Positions 29,809-39,041 of a stretch of DNA of 64,000 bases are shown here, piece after piece (position 1 is the stretch's first letter; each line of letters opens with the position of its first letter). The position numbers and the translations under genes were made by a program. The notes beneath the pieces are model-generated. The model made no database searches. It was given only the letters and a program-made list of their open reading frames with translations, and was not told the DNA's origin. This stretch comes from Candidatus Brocadiia bacterium (GTDB lineage Bacteria; Planctomycetota; Brocadiia; CAIUPP01). The DNA lies in contig JBEKCB010000006.1 of NCBI GenBank assembly GCA_050015075.1, forward strand, positions 32,001 to 96,000, given 5' to 3'.

Positions 29809-30969
29809 TCAGCCGATGGCCTCGCGGATGCGGTGCAGGGCGTGGCGGATTTTGTCGAGCGACGTCGCGTACGAAAGGCGCAGGAACCCTTCGCCGTATT
29901 TCCCGAACGCCGTCCCGGCGAGCGTCGCCACGCTGCCCTGGTAGAGTAATTTGTCGGCCAGCTCGCGCGAGGTGACGCCCAGTTCGCTGATGTTCGGGAA
30001 GACGTAGAACGCCCCGTGCGGCATGCAGCAATGGATGCCGGGGATGTCGTTCAGGCCCCGCACGATCGCGTCGCGCCGGCGACGGAATTCCTCCACCATC
30101 TTGCGAGCTTCGCCCTGGTCGCCCGTCAGCGCGGCGATGCCGGCCATCTGCGTGAAAGCCGCGGTGCACGAGTTGCTGTTGCTGATCAGGCGGCTGGTCC
30201 AGGCGGCCAGCTCGCGGCGCATCACGCCGTAGCCGAGGCGCCAGCCGGTCATGGCGTACGTCTTCGAGAACCCGTCGAGGATGACCGTGCGCTCCTGCAT
30301 GCCGGGCAGCGAGGCGATGCTGACGCTCTCGCCCTCGTACAGAATCCGCGAGTAGATTTCGTCCGAGAGGACATAGCAGTCGTGTTCCTGCGCCTCGGCG
30401 GCCACGACCTCGAGGTCGGCCCGAGTCAAGACGCCGCCGCACGGATTCCCCGGCGAATTGAGGATGATCAGCTTGGTTCGCGGGGTCATGAGCGACCGGA
30501 ATTCGTCCGGGTCAAAGCTGAACTGGCGCTCTTCGCGGAGCCGCATCGGCACGGGAACGCCGCCCACGAAGTTGATCATGCTTTCGTAGATCGGGAATCC
30601 CGGGTTCGGATAGATCACTTCGTCTCCGGGATTGAGGAGCGCCATGATCGTGAAGAAAATGATCATTTTGCCGCCGGGGACGACGACGATGTTCTCCGCG
30701 GTCACCGGGATCCCGCGCGTCCGGGCCACTTCTTCGGCGATGGCGCGCCGCAGCGCCGGGAGGCCGGCGGCGGGCGTGTAATGCGTGTAGCCTTCGTCGA
30801 GCGCGCGCTGGGCGGCATGCCGGATGTCGGAGGGCGTGTCGAAATCGGGTTCGCCGATTTCCATGTGGATGATTCTCGCGCCTTGGGACTCCAGCGCTCG
30901 CGCGCGCGCCAGGACGTCAAACGCCGTTTCCGTGCCCAGTTTTCGCAAACGGTCGGCAAATGGCTTCAT
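29809..30969 (-). CDS. PLP-dependent aminotransferase class I/II (aspartate aminotransferase-like)
   Basis: GEPDFDTP, NSPGNPCG, SDEIY, GFSKTYAMTGWRLGY. Confidence 0.93.
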   Translation of the reverse strand: MKPFADRLRKLGTETAFDVLARARALESQGARIIHMEIGEPDFDTPSDIRHAAQRALDEGYTHYTPAAGLPALRRAIAEEVARTRGIPVTAENIVVVPGGKMIIFFTIMALLNPGDEVIYPNPGFPIYESMINFVGGVPVPMRLREERQFSFDPDEFRSLMTPRTKLIILNSPGNPCGGVLTRADLEVVAAEAQEHDCYVLSDEIYSRILYEGESVSIASLPGMQERTVILDGFSKTYAMTGWRLGYGVMRRELAAWTSRLISNSNSCTAAFTQMAGIAALTGDQGEARKMVEEFRRRRDAIVRGLNDIPGIHCCMPHGAFYVFPNISELGVTSRELADKLLYQGSVATLAGTAFGKYGEGFLRLSYATSLDKIRHALHRIREAIG

Positions 30970-31109
30970 GGCCGCCCTCCAGTCCACCCGTTACCGACTT
31001 ATGTATAACGAACTGGGCGGCGAGGAGTCAATGCCAATCTTCGGGCCAGAGAGAATGGATGAGAGCGGGCGGCTTGAGGAGGGTTCGAGCTTCGGTATTT
31101 TCCGTGCGG

Positions 31110-31478
31110 CTAATTCCGCATGACCTTGACGGTTTCATGCAGCACGGTCTCGGGATCGAGGTCGCTCAGAATGAATTTCGAGACGCCCGCGCGGCGCGCC
31201 TCTTTCGAGAGTCCCTTGACCTTGGGAGCGTTGAACATCACGACCGGAACGTGCGGATCGGATTTCTTCAGGCTTTTGACGAGTTCCCAATCTTCCCCGT
31301 GACCGACCTTCGCGCTGAGGATGACGACGCTCATGTACCGTTCCGCGATGATGGCAAGGCCGACGGTCCCGGAGAGGGCAATTTCCGCCTCGTAGCCGGA
31401 TTGAACAAATTGCTCTTGCAATCTGTCCACCGTACGCCGATCCTCGTCAATGATCAGAACTCTGCGCCGGGTGATCAA
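31110..31478 (-). CDS. Single-domain atypical response-regulator receiver
   Basis: RVLIIDED...VVILSAKV...PVVMFNA...GVSKFILSD; TTG start with GGAGG RBS. Confidence 0.8.
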   Translation of the reverse strand: MITRRRVLIIDEDRRTVDRLQEQFVQSGYEAEIALSGTVGLAIIAERYMSVVILSAKVGHGEDWELVKSLKKSDPHVPVVMFNAPKVKGLSKEARRAGVSKFILSDLDPETVLHETVKVMRN

Positions 31479-31799
31479 ACGAACCTCCGGAAGAGAACAT
31501 AACCTTCGACGGACGCCCACAGAACCCCTATCTCTGTAGGAATTTACATGACGCATTGTATCAGGAAGAGGTTGCCCTGTCAATCATTTTTTTGTGGCTC
31601 GACTACAAAAACGCTGGACTCAGTTGTAAGGCGCGTTGTACCGGCATGTTATGATACGGCGCTTTTCGAATCCAACGGCATGGATCTTGCTGGCGCGGCC
31701 AGTTATTTCGTCTCGAAAGATCCTTTTTCGTCGCCAGGAGATTTTCGGTTCGAAGGAACACAGGGAAGCTACCGAGTCATAAATGGAACAGGCTTCGCT

Positions 31800-32912
31800 T
31801 CAAAATGGAACAACATTTTTCTCAGCACTTTTCTTTTCGTAAAGCAATTCATTTTTTTCGACCATCGTCTTGACCGAGAATTCGCGCTCAACGCGCTCAC
31901 GCGCGGCCGCACCGAGTCGCCGGCGCAGCGCCGCATCGCGCAGAAGCCGCAGGATGCGCTCCGCCAGCGCGGCTTCGTCGGCGGGCGGCACAAGGAATCC
32001 GGTTTCGCCTTCGACAATCAGTTCCGCGCAGCCGCCTACATTCGTGGCCACCGCGGGCTTCCCGCAGGCCATAGCCTCAAGGATCGCATTGGGCATTCCT
32101 TCCCAGGACGATGGCAGCGCGATGAGGTCCATCCTCGCGAGGAGCGGCCGAGTGTCGGACAGCCATCCCAACCAGCGTACGCTGCTCGAGAGGCCCAGCC
32201 GGTCAGCTTCCGCCCTGCACTGCGTTTCCAGCCGCCCGGTTCCGGCGAAGGCGAATACCGTTTGCGGGGCCTCGCGCACCACTCGCGCCGCGGCCCGCAG
32301 AAGCAAGAGCGGGTTCTTCTGCCGGTCCAGCCGTCCGACAAAAGCCACCATCAGCACGCCTTCCGGCAGGCGCCACTCCGGCGGCGGCGCCAGCACCGGA
32401 GCATCGCAATCGGATGGGTCCACGCCGTTCGGCACCACCACCAGCTTGTGCATCGGCACATGCGCGCGCCGATGGGTGTATTGCCGCGCCGATTCCGAAA
32501 CACACGTGAAGACGTCCGTCAGCCGCTGCGTCAGGAATTCGACCCAAACGTGCCGGAGCCGTGGCTCCTCGACCCGGATGGACGCTATTTTTGTGCCGAT
32601 TCCCGACCGGATTGCGACCAGACTGCCGACAAAGTTGGCATGGAACAGGAATGTGTGCAGCACATGCGGCCGGTTCGCGCGCAGCGCCCGGCGCAGCCGC
32701 AGCCACGCGCCGAGATCCCACCAGCCGCGCATGTCAATCGGGATGACTTCGATCCCTTTTTCCTTGAGCCGACCGAAGATCGGGCCGCGGCCGGAGAGGC
32801 ATGCGACGATCGGCTCGAACCTCCGCCGGTCCAGGCGCGTGGCCAGCTCGTACAGCGCCTTCTCCGCGCCGCCGATTTCCAGTTCCGTAATGAGATAGAA
32901 AATCCTTCGCAT
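31800..32912 (-). CDS. Glycosyltransferase family 4
   Basis: LITELEIGGAE, VGRLDRQK, PSSWEGMPNAILEAMACG. Confidence 0.93.
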   Translation of the reverse strand: MRRIFYLITELEIGGAEKALYELATRLDRRRFEPIVACLSGRGPIFGRLKEKGIEVIPIDMRGWWDLGAWLRLRRALRANRPHVLHTFLFHANFVGSLVAIRSGIGTKIASIRVEEPRLRHVWVEFLTQRLTDVFTCVSESARQYTHRRAHVPMHKLVVVPNGVDPSDCDAPVLAPPPEWRLPEGVLMVAFVGRLDRQKNPLLLLRAAARVVREAPQTVFAFAGTGRLETQCRAEADRLGLSSSVRWLGWLSDTRPLLARMDLIALPSSWEGMPNAILEAMACGKPAVATNVGGCAELIVEGETGFLVPPADEAALAERILRLLRDAALRRRLGAAARERVEREFSVKTMVEKNELLYEKKSAEKNVVPF

Positions 32913-32968
32913 GGCTGTACCCTTTCCGCGCCGCCGGAGATTGTAGCAGCCCGCGCCGAGCCGGACAA

Positions 32969-32996
32969 TTGCCAGCGCGCGTCCAGCGGCTATAAT
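32969..32996 (+). promoter_or_regulatory. sigma70 promoter of tilS (probably leaderless transcript)
   Basis: TTGCCA-N16-TATAAT, 7 nt before the GTG start. Confidence 0.6.
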
Positions 32997-33003
32997 AGAG
33001 CGC

Positions 33004-34479
33004 GTGCAAGACATCATCGAGAAATTCGAGGCGACGATTCGGCGGCATAACCTGCTGCCTGACCGCGGCTGCGTCGTCATGGCGGTCTCCGGCGGGCCGG
33101 ACTCGTTGGCGCTGCTCCACCTGATGCGCGAGGTCCGGGACCGGAGCCATCCGCGGCTCGCGCTGCACGTGGGGCATCTGCATCACGGCATGCGCGGCGC
33201 GGCGGCGGACGAGGACGCGCAGTTCGTCGCGTCGGAGGCCGCGCGGCTGGGCGTCGCCTGCACCATCGAACGCACGGACGTGCCGGCCCTGGCCGCCGAG
33301 CGCCGGCTGGGAATCGAGGTCGCCGGCCGCGAGGCGCGCTATGAATTCCTGACGCGGCTGGCGAAATCGCTCGGCGCGCGCGACATCGCCTTCGGACACC
33401 AGGCGGACGACCAGGCCGAAACGGTCCTCATGCGCGTGATGCGAGGCGCGGGTCAGCGCGGGATGGGCGGCATCCCTTATGTCCGCCCGGTCGCCGACGC
33501 GCCCGGGATCCGCGTCGTCCGTCCCCTGCTCGACTGCTCCCGGCGCGAAATCGTTCAATTCCTCCGCCGGCGCGGACTGCGCTCGCGGCTGGACTCGACG
33601 AACCTCTCCCGGAAATACCTTCGGAATCGCCTGCGCCGCCTCGCCATTCCCGAAATGAAGCGCGACTGGGGCGGGCGGCTGACGCCGGACCTCTGCTCGC
33701 TCGCGGCCCTCGCGCAGAGATTCCAGGCGCGGTCGGACGCGATTCGAGCGGCGCTCCAGTCGCAGAACTCCGTGCGCGTGACGAACGGGTACGTCGAGAC
33801 GGAGTCCGCCTGGCTGCGCCGCATCCCGCCGGCGATGCTGCCGGACCTGGTTCAAGCCTGGATGAAAGAGGCTGATCTGTGGCGGAAGATGCTGTCGGCC
33901 GGCGAGTACGAGCGAATCGCCGCACTACTCGCTCGCGGCCGCGGGCGCGTCGCCCTCTCCGGCGCCGTGCTGGCCTGCGTCTGGCGGCGATTATTCATCC
34001 TCTGCCCCGCGCCTGCTGCGGCGCGCGACCGCCGCAGCCCTGAGCGCAGTCGAAGGGCCGGATCGTCCGAGATGGAGTATCGCGTCCAACTCAATGTGCC
34101 GGGCCGCACGCGCATCGAGCCGCTGGGCGGCATCATCGAGGCGGAAATTCTCGAAGCGGGAAAGGAACTGATCGCCCGCAATCGAGCGACGCGGGACGGA
34201 TTCGAAGAATTCCTCGACATGGAGAACGTGGAACTGCCGCTAGTCGTGCGTTTCCCGCGTCCCGGAGACCGCATGCGGCCGCTGGGCGCGCCGGGCAGCC
34301 GAAAACTTCAAGATATTTTCACCGACCTTCACGTACCGCCGTGGCTCCGAACGCGGACCCTTCTCGTCACCGTCGAGGATCGCCCGATCTGGATCGTAGG
34401 CCGCCGCATCGCCGACGCCGTGAAGCTCACGGATGGAACGCGCAAAGTCCTGCGGCTGAAATTCGTACCGAAAGGATGA
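33004..34479 (+). CDS. tilS: tRNA(Ile)-lysidine synthetase
   Basis: AVSGGPDS PP-loop, HQADDQAET, YLRNRLR, C-terminal GDRMRPLG...KLQDIF. Confidence 0.95.
   Translation: MQDIIEKFEATIRRHNLLPDRGCVVMAVSGGPDSLALLHLMREVRDRSHPRLALHVGHLHHGMRGAAADEDAQFVASEAARLGVACTIERTDVPALAAERRLGIEVAGREARYEFLTRLAKSLGARDIAFGHQADDQAETVLMRVMRGAGQRGMGGIPYVRPVADAPGIRVVRPLLDCSRREIVQFLRRRGLRSRLDSTNLSRKYLRNRLRRLAIPEMKRDWGGRLTPDLCSLAALAQRFQARSDAIRAALQSQNSVRVTNGYVETESAWLRRIPPAMLPDLVQAWMKEADLWRKMLSAGEYERIAALLARGRGRVALSGAVLACVWRRLFILCPAPAAARDRRSPERSRRAGSSEMEYRVQLNVPGRTRIEPLGGIIEAEILEAGKELIARNRATRDGFEEFLDMENVELPLVVRFPRPGDRMRPLGAPGSRKLQDIFTDLHVPPWLRTRTLLVTVEDRPIWIVGRRIADAVKLTDGTRKVLRLKFVPKG
34037..34058. repeat. REP copy inside tilS
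   Basis: GCCCTGAGCGCAGTCGAAGGGC, read as SPERSRRA. Confidence 0.75.
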
Positions 34480-34565
34480 ATTTGTTTCTCACCACCACCG
34501 GCGCTGCAAGAGCAAGCAGCACCTTGATATCCGTCAGAGAATGCATATCATGACGCCATAAGGGT

Positions 34566-35009
34566 ATGGGACATTCAAATAATTATCCGTTGCACAGAGG
34601 GATGGGACTTCGATGCCTGAACCATGGTCAACGATCTCGTGGGGGCGGCTGTCTGGCACTTCTGGGAGTTTCTGTTCTGCTCCTGATTTACGGTGCTTTT
34701 CGGTATTACAGTATGACATTGGGCCTCCTGTGTTTGGCCCTTGTCGTATGGCCCTTAGCCGGTGAGTTCATCGAGCTTTGGGCGCGGCTTTACGTCCGAG
34801 AATCTATGCATTTCGGCCAAACCAATTTCCTCGGCATTTGGCAAGAAACGCCCGGTACATTCCTAACAAAGGTTGCGGTTGTGGTCTGGATAATTCAGGC
34901 GCTGTTGGTTCTGGCCGCATCCATATCCGCGGTGAGATTGGTTCGCAAAGAGAAGGATAATACCGTTTCCCGGAAGTACGATGGGTTTAGCAGCCACGAG
35001 GATTGCTAA
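34566..35009 (+). CDS. Hypothetical membrane protein (lower GC)
   Basis: About three hydrophobic helices; start uncertain. Confidence 0.5.
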   Translation: MGHSNNYPLHRGMGLRCLNHGQRSRGGGCLALLGVSVLLLIYGAFRYYSMTLGLLCLALVVWPLAGEFIELWARLYVRESMHFGQTNFLGIWQETPGTFLTKVAVVVWIIQALLVLAASISAVRLVRKEKDNTVSRKYDGFSSHEDC

Positions 35010-35240
35010 CGGGCATCTGTAGAGCAGATGCATAGCCGTTTCACCGAATGTTCCGCAAAGGCATTCAGTCCCCCGATTTTCCACTCCGTCACGGTGTCTA
35101 ACCCACGCGCGTGATCCACGGTATTGGACGCATGAGGTGAAAATGACACACCGCAAGGAATTCTTGCGCCCGACCGCGCTGTTCAATGCCATCGGAACTG
35201 CATTTCAGCGCGGCCCGGTCTATAAACTCATGTTTCCTTT

Positions 35241-36479
35241 TTACTTGACCTGATACAGATGCACATCCCACTCGTTGAACTGGTCCCGGAACGTGCCGAC
35301 CGTCGCGCTGACGATGCGGCCTTCGCCGAGCACTTCGATCTGCGCGTAGCGGCGAAGACCGGCCAGGGTGAACGTGACGTCCGTGACGCCGGGCTGCGTC
35401 GCGACGGCAAAAACATAGGTCCTGCCGCGGCACTTCTTCACCATCGCCGCCACCGGCACGCTCGCATTCGAGGATTCCACCGTGAGCGCGCCGAGGACCG
35501 TGGGGCTGTTCAACACCGGCGCCAGTTGCATAATCTGGTGGTTGATCGCCGTGACGGCGGCCAGGTTCACCGGATCGTCCAGCAGGGCATGGTCGTCGAA
35601 CGTGGGCAGGAACTGATGGACGAAATAAATGAGTCCCCTGCTTCCATTGACGAGGGACATCCAGACTTCCGCCCGGATCTCCTGGGGCGTGGCTTTGCCG
35701 GTCCCATTGATGTCCGTGCACTCGATGCAGTTCCAGACGGGTTTCGTTCCCCCGGAGTACGTGACCAGCCGCTCGACGCCCTGGCCGACGAGATAGAGCT
35801 GGCCGTTGACCGCAGGGTCGTCGTCCGCCACGGGGTAGATGTCGAATGAGGCGACATCGCATCCCTCGCAGTACAGGGGATAGTCCTCGTCGTGTCCGGT
35901 GCGCGTGCCGCGGCCGATGTAGCCGTCCCAGGCCACCCCTTGGCCGAGATTGAGGAACACCGGCCGGGTGGGATCCGCGGCGCAGAGCTGTTCGTATTCG
36001 GCAAGGATCGTGGAGGGCAATACGGGCGGCCCGTAACCATCGCCGGACGGAAGCTCCTGAGCGTTGTCCGGCTCATCGGGGTCTATCGTCCAGCCGACGA
36101 TGGTCGGATCCATCAGATGGGCCAGCCCGACGTCGTTCTGGTCGCAGATGACCGGCATTCCGTATTGGGCCAGTTGCGTGAGCTGGTCCTCGGTCGGTCC
36201 TTGCCACAGGCCGAGGTAAAGGTTGATTCCCGCCTGCTGGTAACCGGGCGCCCAACTTGGATCCTGCAGCCAGACGGCGATGGGGAAGTACGTTTCGCTC
36301 TTCGGCAGCCCGTACTGCCACTGCTCATAAGCCCGGACAGCGATGGGGAAGTACATATTGCTCTTCGTCGGCCCGCTCTTCGACTGCGCATAAGGGGCGA
36401 GTTTCGTATTATCGCCGCCGAGCGCAAGCGTCCCGGCCAGCAACAAAGCTCCCGCTGCGAGAAGTCTCGGCCATGTCAT
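35241..36479 (-). CDS. Secreted glycoside-hydrolase-like protein
   Basis: Signal peptide; FPIAVWLQ, DEPDNAQ, SFDIYPV, PVWNCIE, GSRGLIYF; GAGGAG RBS. Confidence 0.75.
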   Translation of the reverse strand: MTWPRLLAAGALLLAGTLALGGDNTKLAPYAQSKSGPTKSNMYFPIAVRAYEQWQYGLPKSETYFPIAVWLQDPSWAPGYQQAGINLYLGLWQGPTEDQLTQLAQYGMPVICDQNDVGLAHLMDPTIVGWTIDPDEPDNAQELPSGDGYGPPVLPSTILAEYEQLCAADPTRPVFLNLGQGVAWDGYIGRGTRTGHDEDYPLYCEGCDVASFDIYPVADDDPAVNGQLYLVGQGVERLVTYSGGTKPVWNCIECTDINGTGKATPQEIRAEVWMSLVNGSRGLIYFVHQFLPTFDDHALLDDPVNLAAVTAINHQIMQLAPVLNSPTVLGALTVESSNASVPVAAMVKKCRGRTYVFAVATQPGVTDVTFTLAGLRRYAQIEVLGEGRIVSATVGTFRDQFNEWDVHLYQVK

Positions 36480-36657
36480 CGCCGCTCCTCCTCTTCCAAG
36501 GCCGACCCGCTCCGGCAACCAGTTTCCAAATGGAGCAGTCTACGGGATTTCTCATTTAGCCGCCCTTCCTGGGGCCGCCGCGTTTCCCACGTGGTACTGT
36601 AGTCCTCGAAGTGGACCCTGTCAACTCCACCCCCGGTGACTTTCCGGCCTTGGAGGG

Positions 36658-36697
36658 CCCTCGACGACCCTGAGCCTGTCGAAGGGCTGCGCTCAGC
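36658..36697. repeat. Nested REPs: CCCTGAGCCTGTCGAAGGG inside a reverse-oriented CCCTCGAC...TGCGCTCAG copy
   Basis: Same family as 1513, 34038 and 37377; just downstream of the nucleoside hydrolase stop. Confidence 0.65.
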
Positions 36698-36713
36698 ATG
36701 GCGCGGGTTTTAC

Positions 36714-37655
36714 TTATGTGGGCGAAAGTGAATCAGATAGCCTTTTCACCAAGTGTTCCTCAAAGGCATTCAGTCCGCCGCTCTTCCACTCCGTCGCAAC
36801 GTTCATCTTCTTCGCGTTCGCATCTTCCAGGGTAAAACCCCATTTGGTTCTGATGCCGATGCACTCCAGCTTCAACCATTTGTCGGCGAAGGCAAGGTAT
36901 ATGGCAACGGTGTCGAAGAGGACTGAACTCGTCTGTTTCGCTTGTTTCTCCCAGACGGTGCCTTTTGACCAGCGCTGGTAACTCTTGATCAGCTCCTGCG
37001 TCAATGGGTCCTTGCTTGCTAATACCTTCTTGAACTTCTCACCTGCGAGCCGGACTACGCCGCAGGTATCCACCGGCGTTACGGTCATGTCCCATGCGGC
37101 TTGGAAAACTCTTGCGGCATCGTAGGCGTACGCGACTACGTTGTACTCTTCGTCCACCCTGCCGGCGAGCCCGTTGTAGCCCTTGCGCACGCTTCCCTGC
37201 ATGCCGACGAACCTTGCCTTCCGCGCGATGCGCGGCTCGACATAGAGCGCCCTGGCGATATTCGGCGTCGGGCCGATGGAGATCAGCGTGACCTTTTCCT
37301 TCGAGCGCATGATGGTCTCGATCATCGCTCGCACGCCGTCCTGCATGACTCTGCCGGGATAATGCGCACGGTTCGACCCTGAGCTCACCGCCGAAGGGAG
37401 GTCAAGTTCGTTCGCGTAATCGTACAGCGTCTCTTTCACCGCGCCGAGAGGGATGCCGATGCCGATCGGCACGTCGGTCCTTCCTCCGGCCTTGAGCAAC
37501 CTGGCGCAGAGTTTCGCGCGGTAGGTCGTGTCGCCTGTCGCCGTGGTGATGAGCTTCACGTCCAGCTCGGGGCACTTGAGCATATAGGCAATCGCCCAGG
37601 AATCGTCAATGTCGGTTCCAAGGTCCGTGTCGAGAATTACGGGTATCTTTTTCAT
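36714..37655 (-). CDS. Nucleoside hydrolase (IU-NH family)
   Basis: VILDTDLGTDIDD, SIGPTPNIA, EYNV, LFDTVA. Confidence 0.9.
   Translation of the reverse strand: MKKIPVILDTDLGTDIDDSWAIAYMLKCPELDVKLITTATGDTTYRAKLCARLLKAGGRTDVPIGIGIPLGAVKETLYDYANELDLPSAVSSGSNRAHYPGRVMQDGVRAMIETIMRSKEKVTLISIGPTPNIARALYVEPRIARKARFVGMQGSVRKGYNGLAGRVDEEYNVVAYAYDAARVFQAAWDMTVTPVDTCGVVRLAGEKFKKVLASKDPLTQELIKSYQRWSKGTVWEKQAKQTSSVLFDTVAIYLAFADKWLKLECIGIRTKWGFTLEDANAKKMNVATEWKSGGLNAFEEHLVKRLSDSLSPT
37372..37398. repeat. REP copy inside the nucleoside hydrolase gene
   Basis: TTCGACCCTGAGCTCACCGCCGAAGGG, read as PSAVSSGSN on the minus strand. Confidence 0.65.
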
Positions 37656-37667
37656 GGTCAGTTCTCT

Positions 37668-37715
37668 GCTTGTAGTGGCGTCGTCAGGCGTTACTTCGTA
37701 TGCCCTGACGGGCAC
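37668..37715 (+). repeat. GTAG-type REP doublet (REPIN), copy 1
   Basis: GCTTGTAGTGGCGTCGTCAGGCGTTAC...TATGCCCTGACGGGCAC; reverse-complement copy at 47844-47892. Confidence 0.75.
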
Positions 37716-37729
37716 ACAACGAGCGGCTT

Positions 37730-37945
37730 CTAATCACCGGTCTTTGCAGAGGGCATGTACAGCCACAGGAAGATGTAGGCGATCAGGCCGATTCCGCCTG
37801 CGAACAGAAAAGTTAGAAACAGGACGCGCCATAACCACGAAGGAAGAGGAGTATATTCTCCGAATCCTCCGCAGATTCCGCCCAGCCTTGCGTCTTTAGA
37901 TGACTTCCGCAGATCCCTCCACTTCCATTCGTGCGCCTCGGCCAT
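37730..37945 (-). CDS. PspC domain-containing protein
   Basis: LRKSSKDARLGGICGGFGEY...WLWRVLF...AYIFLWLYMP. Confidence 0.9.
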   Translation of the reverse strand: MAEAHEWKWRDLRKSSKDARLGGICGGFGEYTPLPSWLWRVLFLTFLFAGGIGLIAYIFLWLYMPSAKTGD

Positions 37946-38076
37946 TGCGTTCCTCCTTAATGCCAATTCCCCAGGCTCCTACGTCGCAACAACTCGTGTA
38001 TATTGCGAAGGAGAGCATTTCAATGTGTTCTGCCCACGGAACATGACCCAGAAGTGCGCCGGACAAGCGAGTCGGC

Positions 38077-38610
38077 TCATGGAAGCCCCCAGCGTGACCG
38101 TGCCTTCGCATAGAGCATCGCGCCGAGGCCGCCAAGAAACAACCCCAGATAGAAGATGCAGAGGATGCCGCTCAGCGTGGGGTTGCTGCCCGAATCGGTC
38201 ATGAACACAATCAAGAATCCTGCCAGCGCGACGATACAGGTCCCGCCACCGAACCGATAGGGACGCTTGATCTCCTTTTGCTTCGATGCGGCTTGAATGC
38301 TCTGCACGGTCGGCGTGCCGCAATGCGGGCAGGCCATTGCCTTTCTTGAGACCCTATGCCCGCATCCGTTACACCAGAGCAGTCCCCTGACCAATACTGC
38401 CCTAAGCAGGACAAATGCCAATCCGTATGCAGTTCCTACCAATGCTCCAAGCGCGATATCCGTCCTAATGTCAGAGCCGCTTCGTGGTAGGCCTGCCGGC
38501 CAAGTGGCTTGTGGCGAGCGAGTAGACGAAGTCATCAGCTCGGCGGTCGTACCGAGTAAACAACCTATGGCAACCGGCACGAGGAGGCGACGTAGGAACT
38601 CGCGCAACAT
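38077..38610 (-). CDS. Membrane protein with zinc ribbon
   Basis: CNGCGHRVSRKAMACPHCG between TM helices. Confidence 0.65.
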   Translation of the reverse strand: MLREFLRRLLVPVAIGCLLGTTAELMTSSTRSPQATWPAGLPRSGSDIRTDIALGALVGTAYGLAFVLLRAVLVRGLLWCNGCGHRVSRKAMACPHCGTPTVQSIQAASKQKEIKRPYRFGGGTCIVALAGFLIVFMTDSGSNPTLSGILCIFYLGLFLGGLGAMLYAKARSRWGLP

Positions 38611-39041
38611 TGGATTCCATCCCTAAAGCACGACGGTCATTGCACCATATCATGCACCGATGCGTACCGGCGGAGCTTTATTTCCGGCGGTCTATTCCAA
38701 GGACACGCGGGATTTCCCATTTGACTCCGACTTTCCCATTTGGCCGTTCCTTCGGGGACGGCAGGTTTCCAAACACGACACTGTACCATCGCAACGAGCG
38801 CTGTCAAGGCCGTTTCTGACAGTTTTGCGACCTTGGAGAGCTTTCGGCGACACTAAACAAGTCAAAACCGCAGTCAAAGATGGGGTCGCAGACCTCCGAT
38901 TATCGCCTCATCCAGAGGTCGCTCCTGTCAAACGAACCGGAACCGTCGTTCACCGCTTCCTACGAAGGAGGTTAAGCAATTCGCGCACCAACAAGAGTCA
39001 ATTGCATCTGGGAAATCCGGGCTTAAAGGACCGACCTGACG

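Noticed and set aside
35004-35045. Possible integron attC site after the low-GC membrane gene (GCTAAC...hairpin...GTT)
   Set aside because: Ends do not fit RYYYAAC/GTTRRRY, there is no cassette array or integrase, and a simple hairpin is more likely.
36582-36597. Second parS-like sequence GTTTCCCACGTGGTAC
   Set aside because: Too many mismatches to the palindromic consensus.
38650-39040. Possible riboswitch or small ORFs between the zinc-ribbon gene and the ChrB-domain gene
   Set aside because: Only a short direct repeat (CAAATGGGAAA twice) and a promoter-like TTGACA-N16-TACAGT; no convincing aptamer or protein motif.
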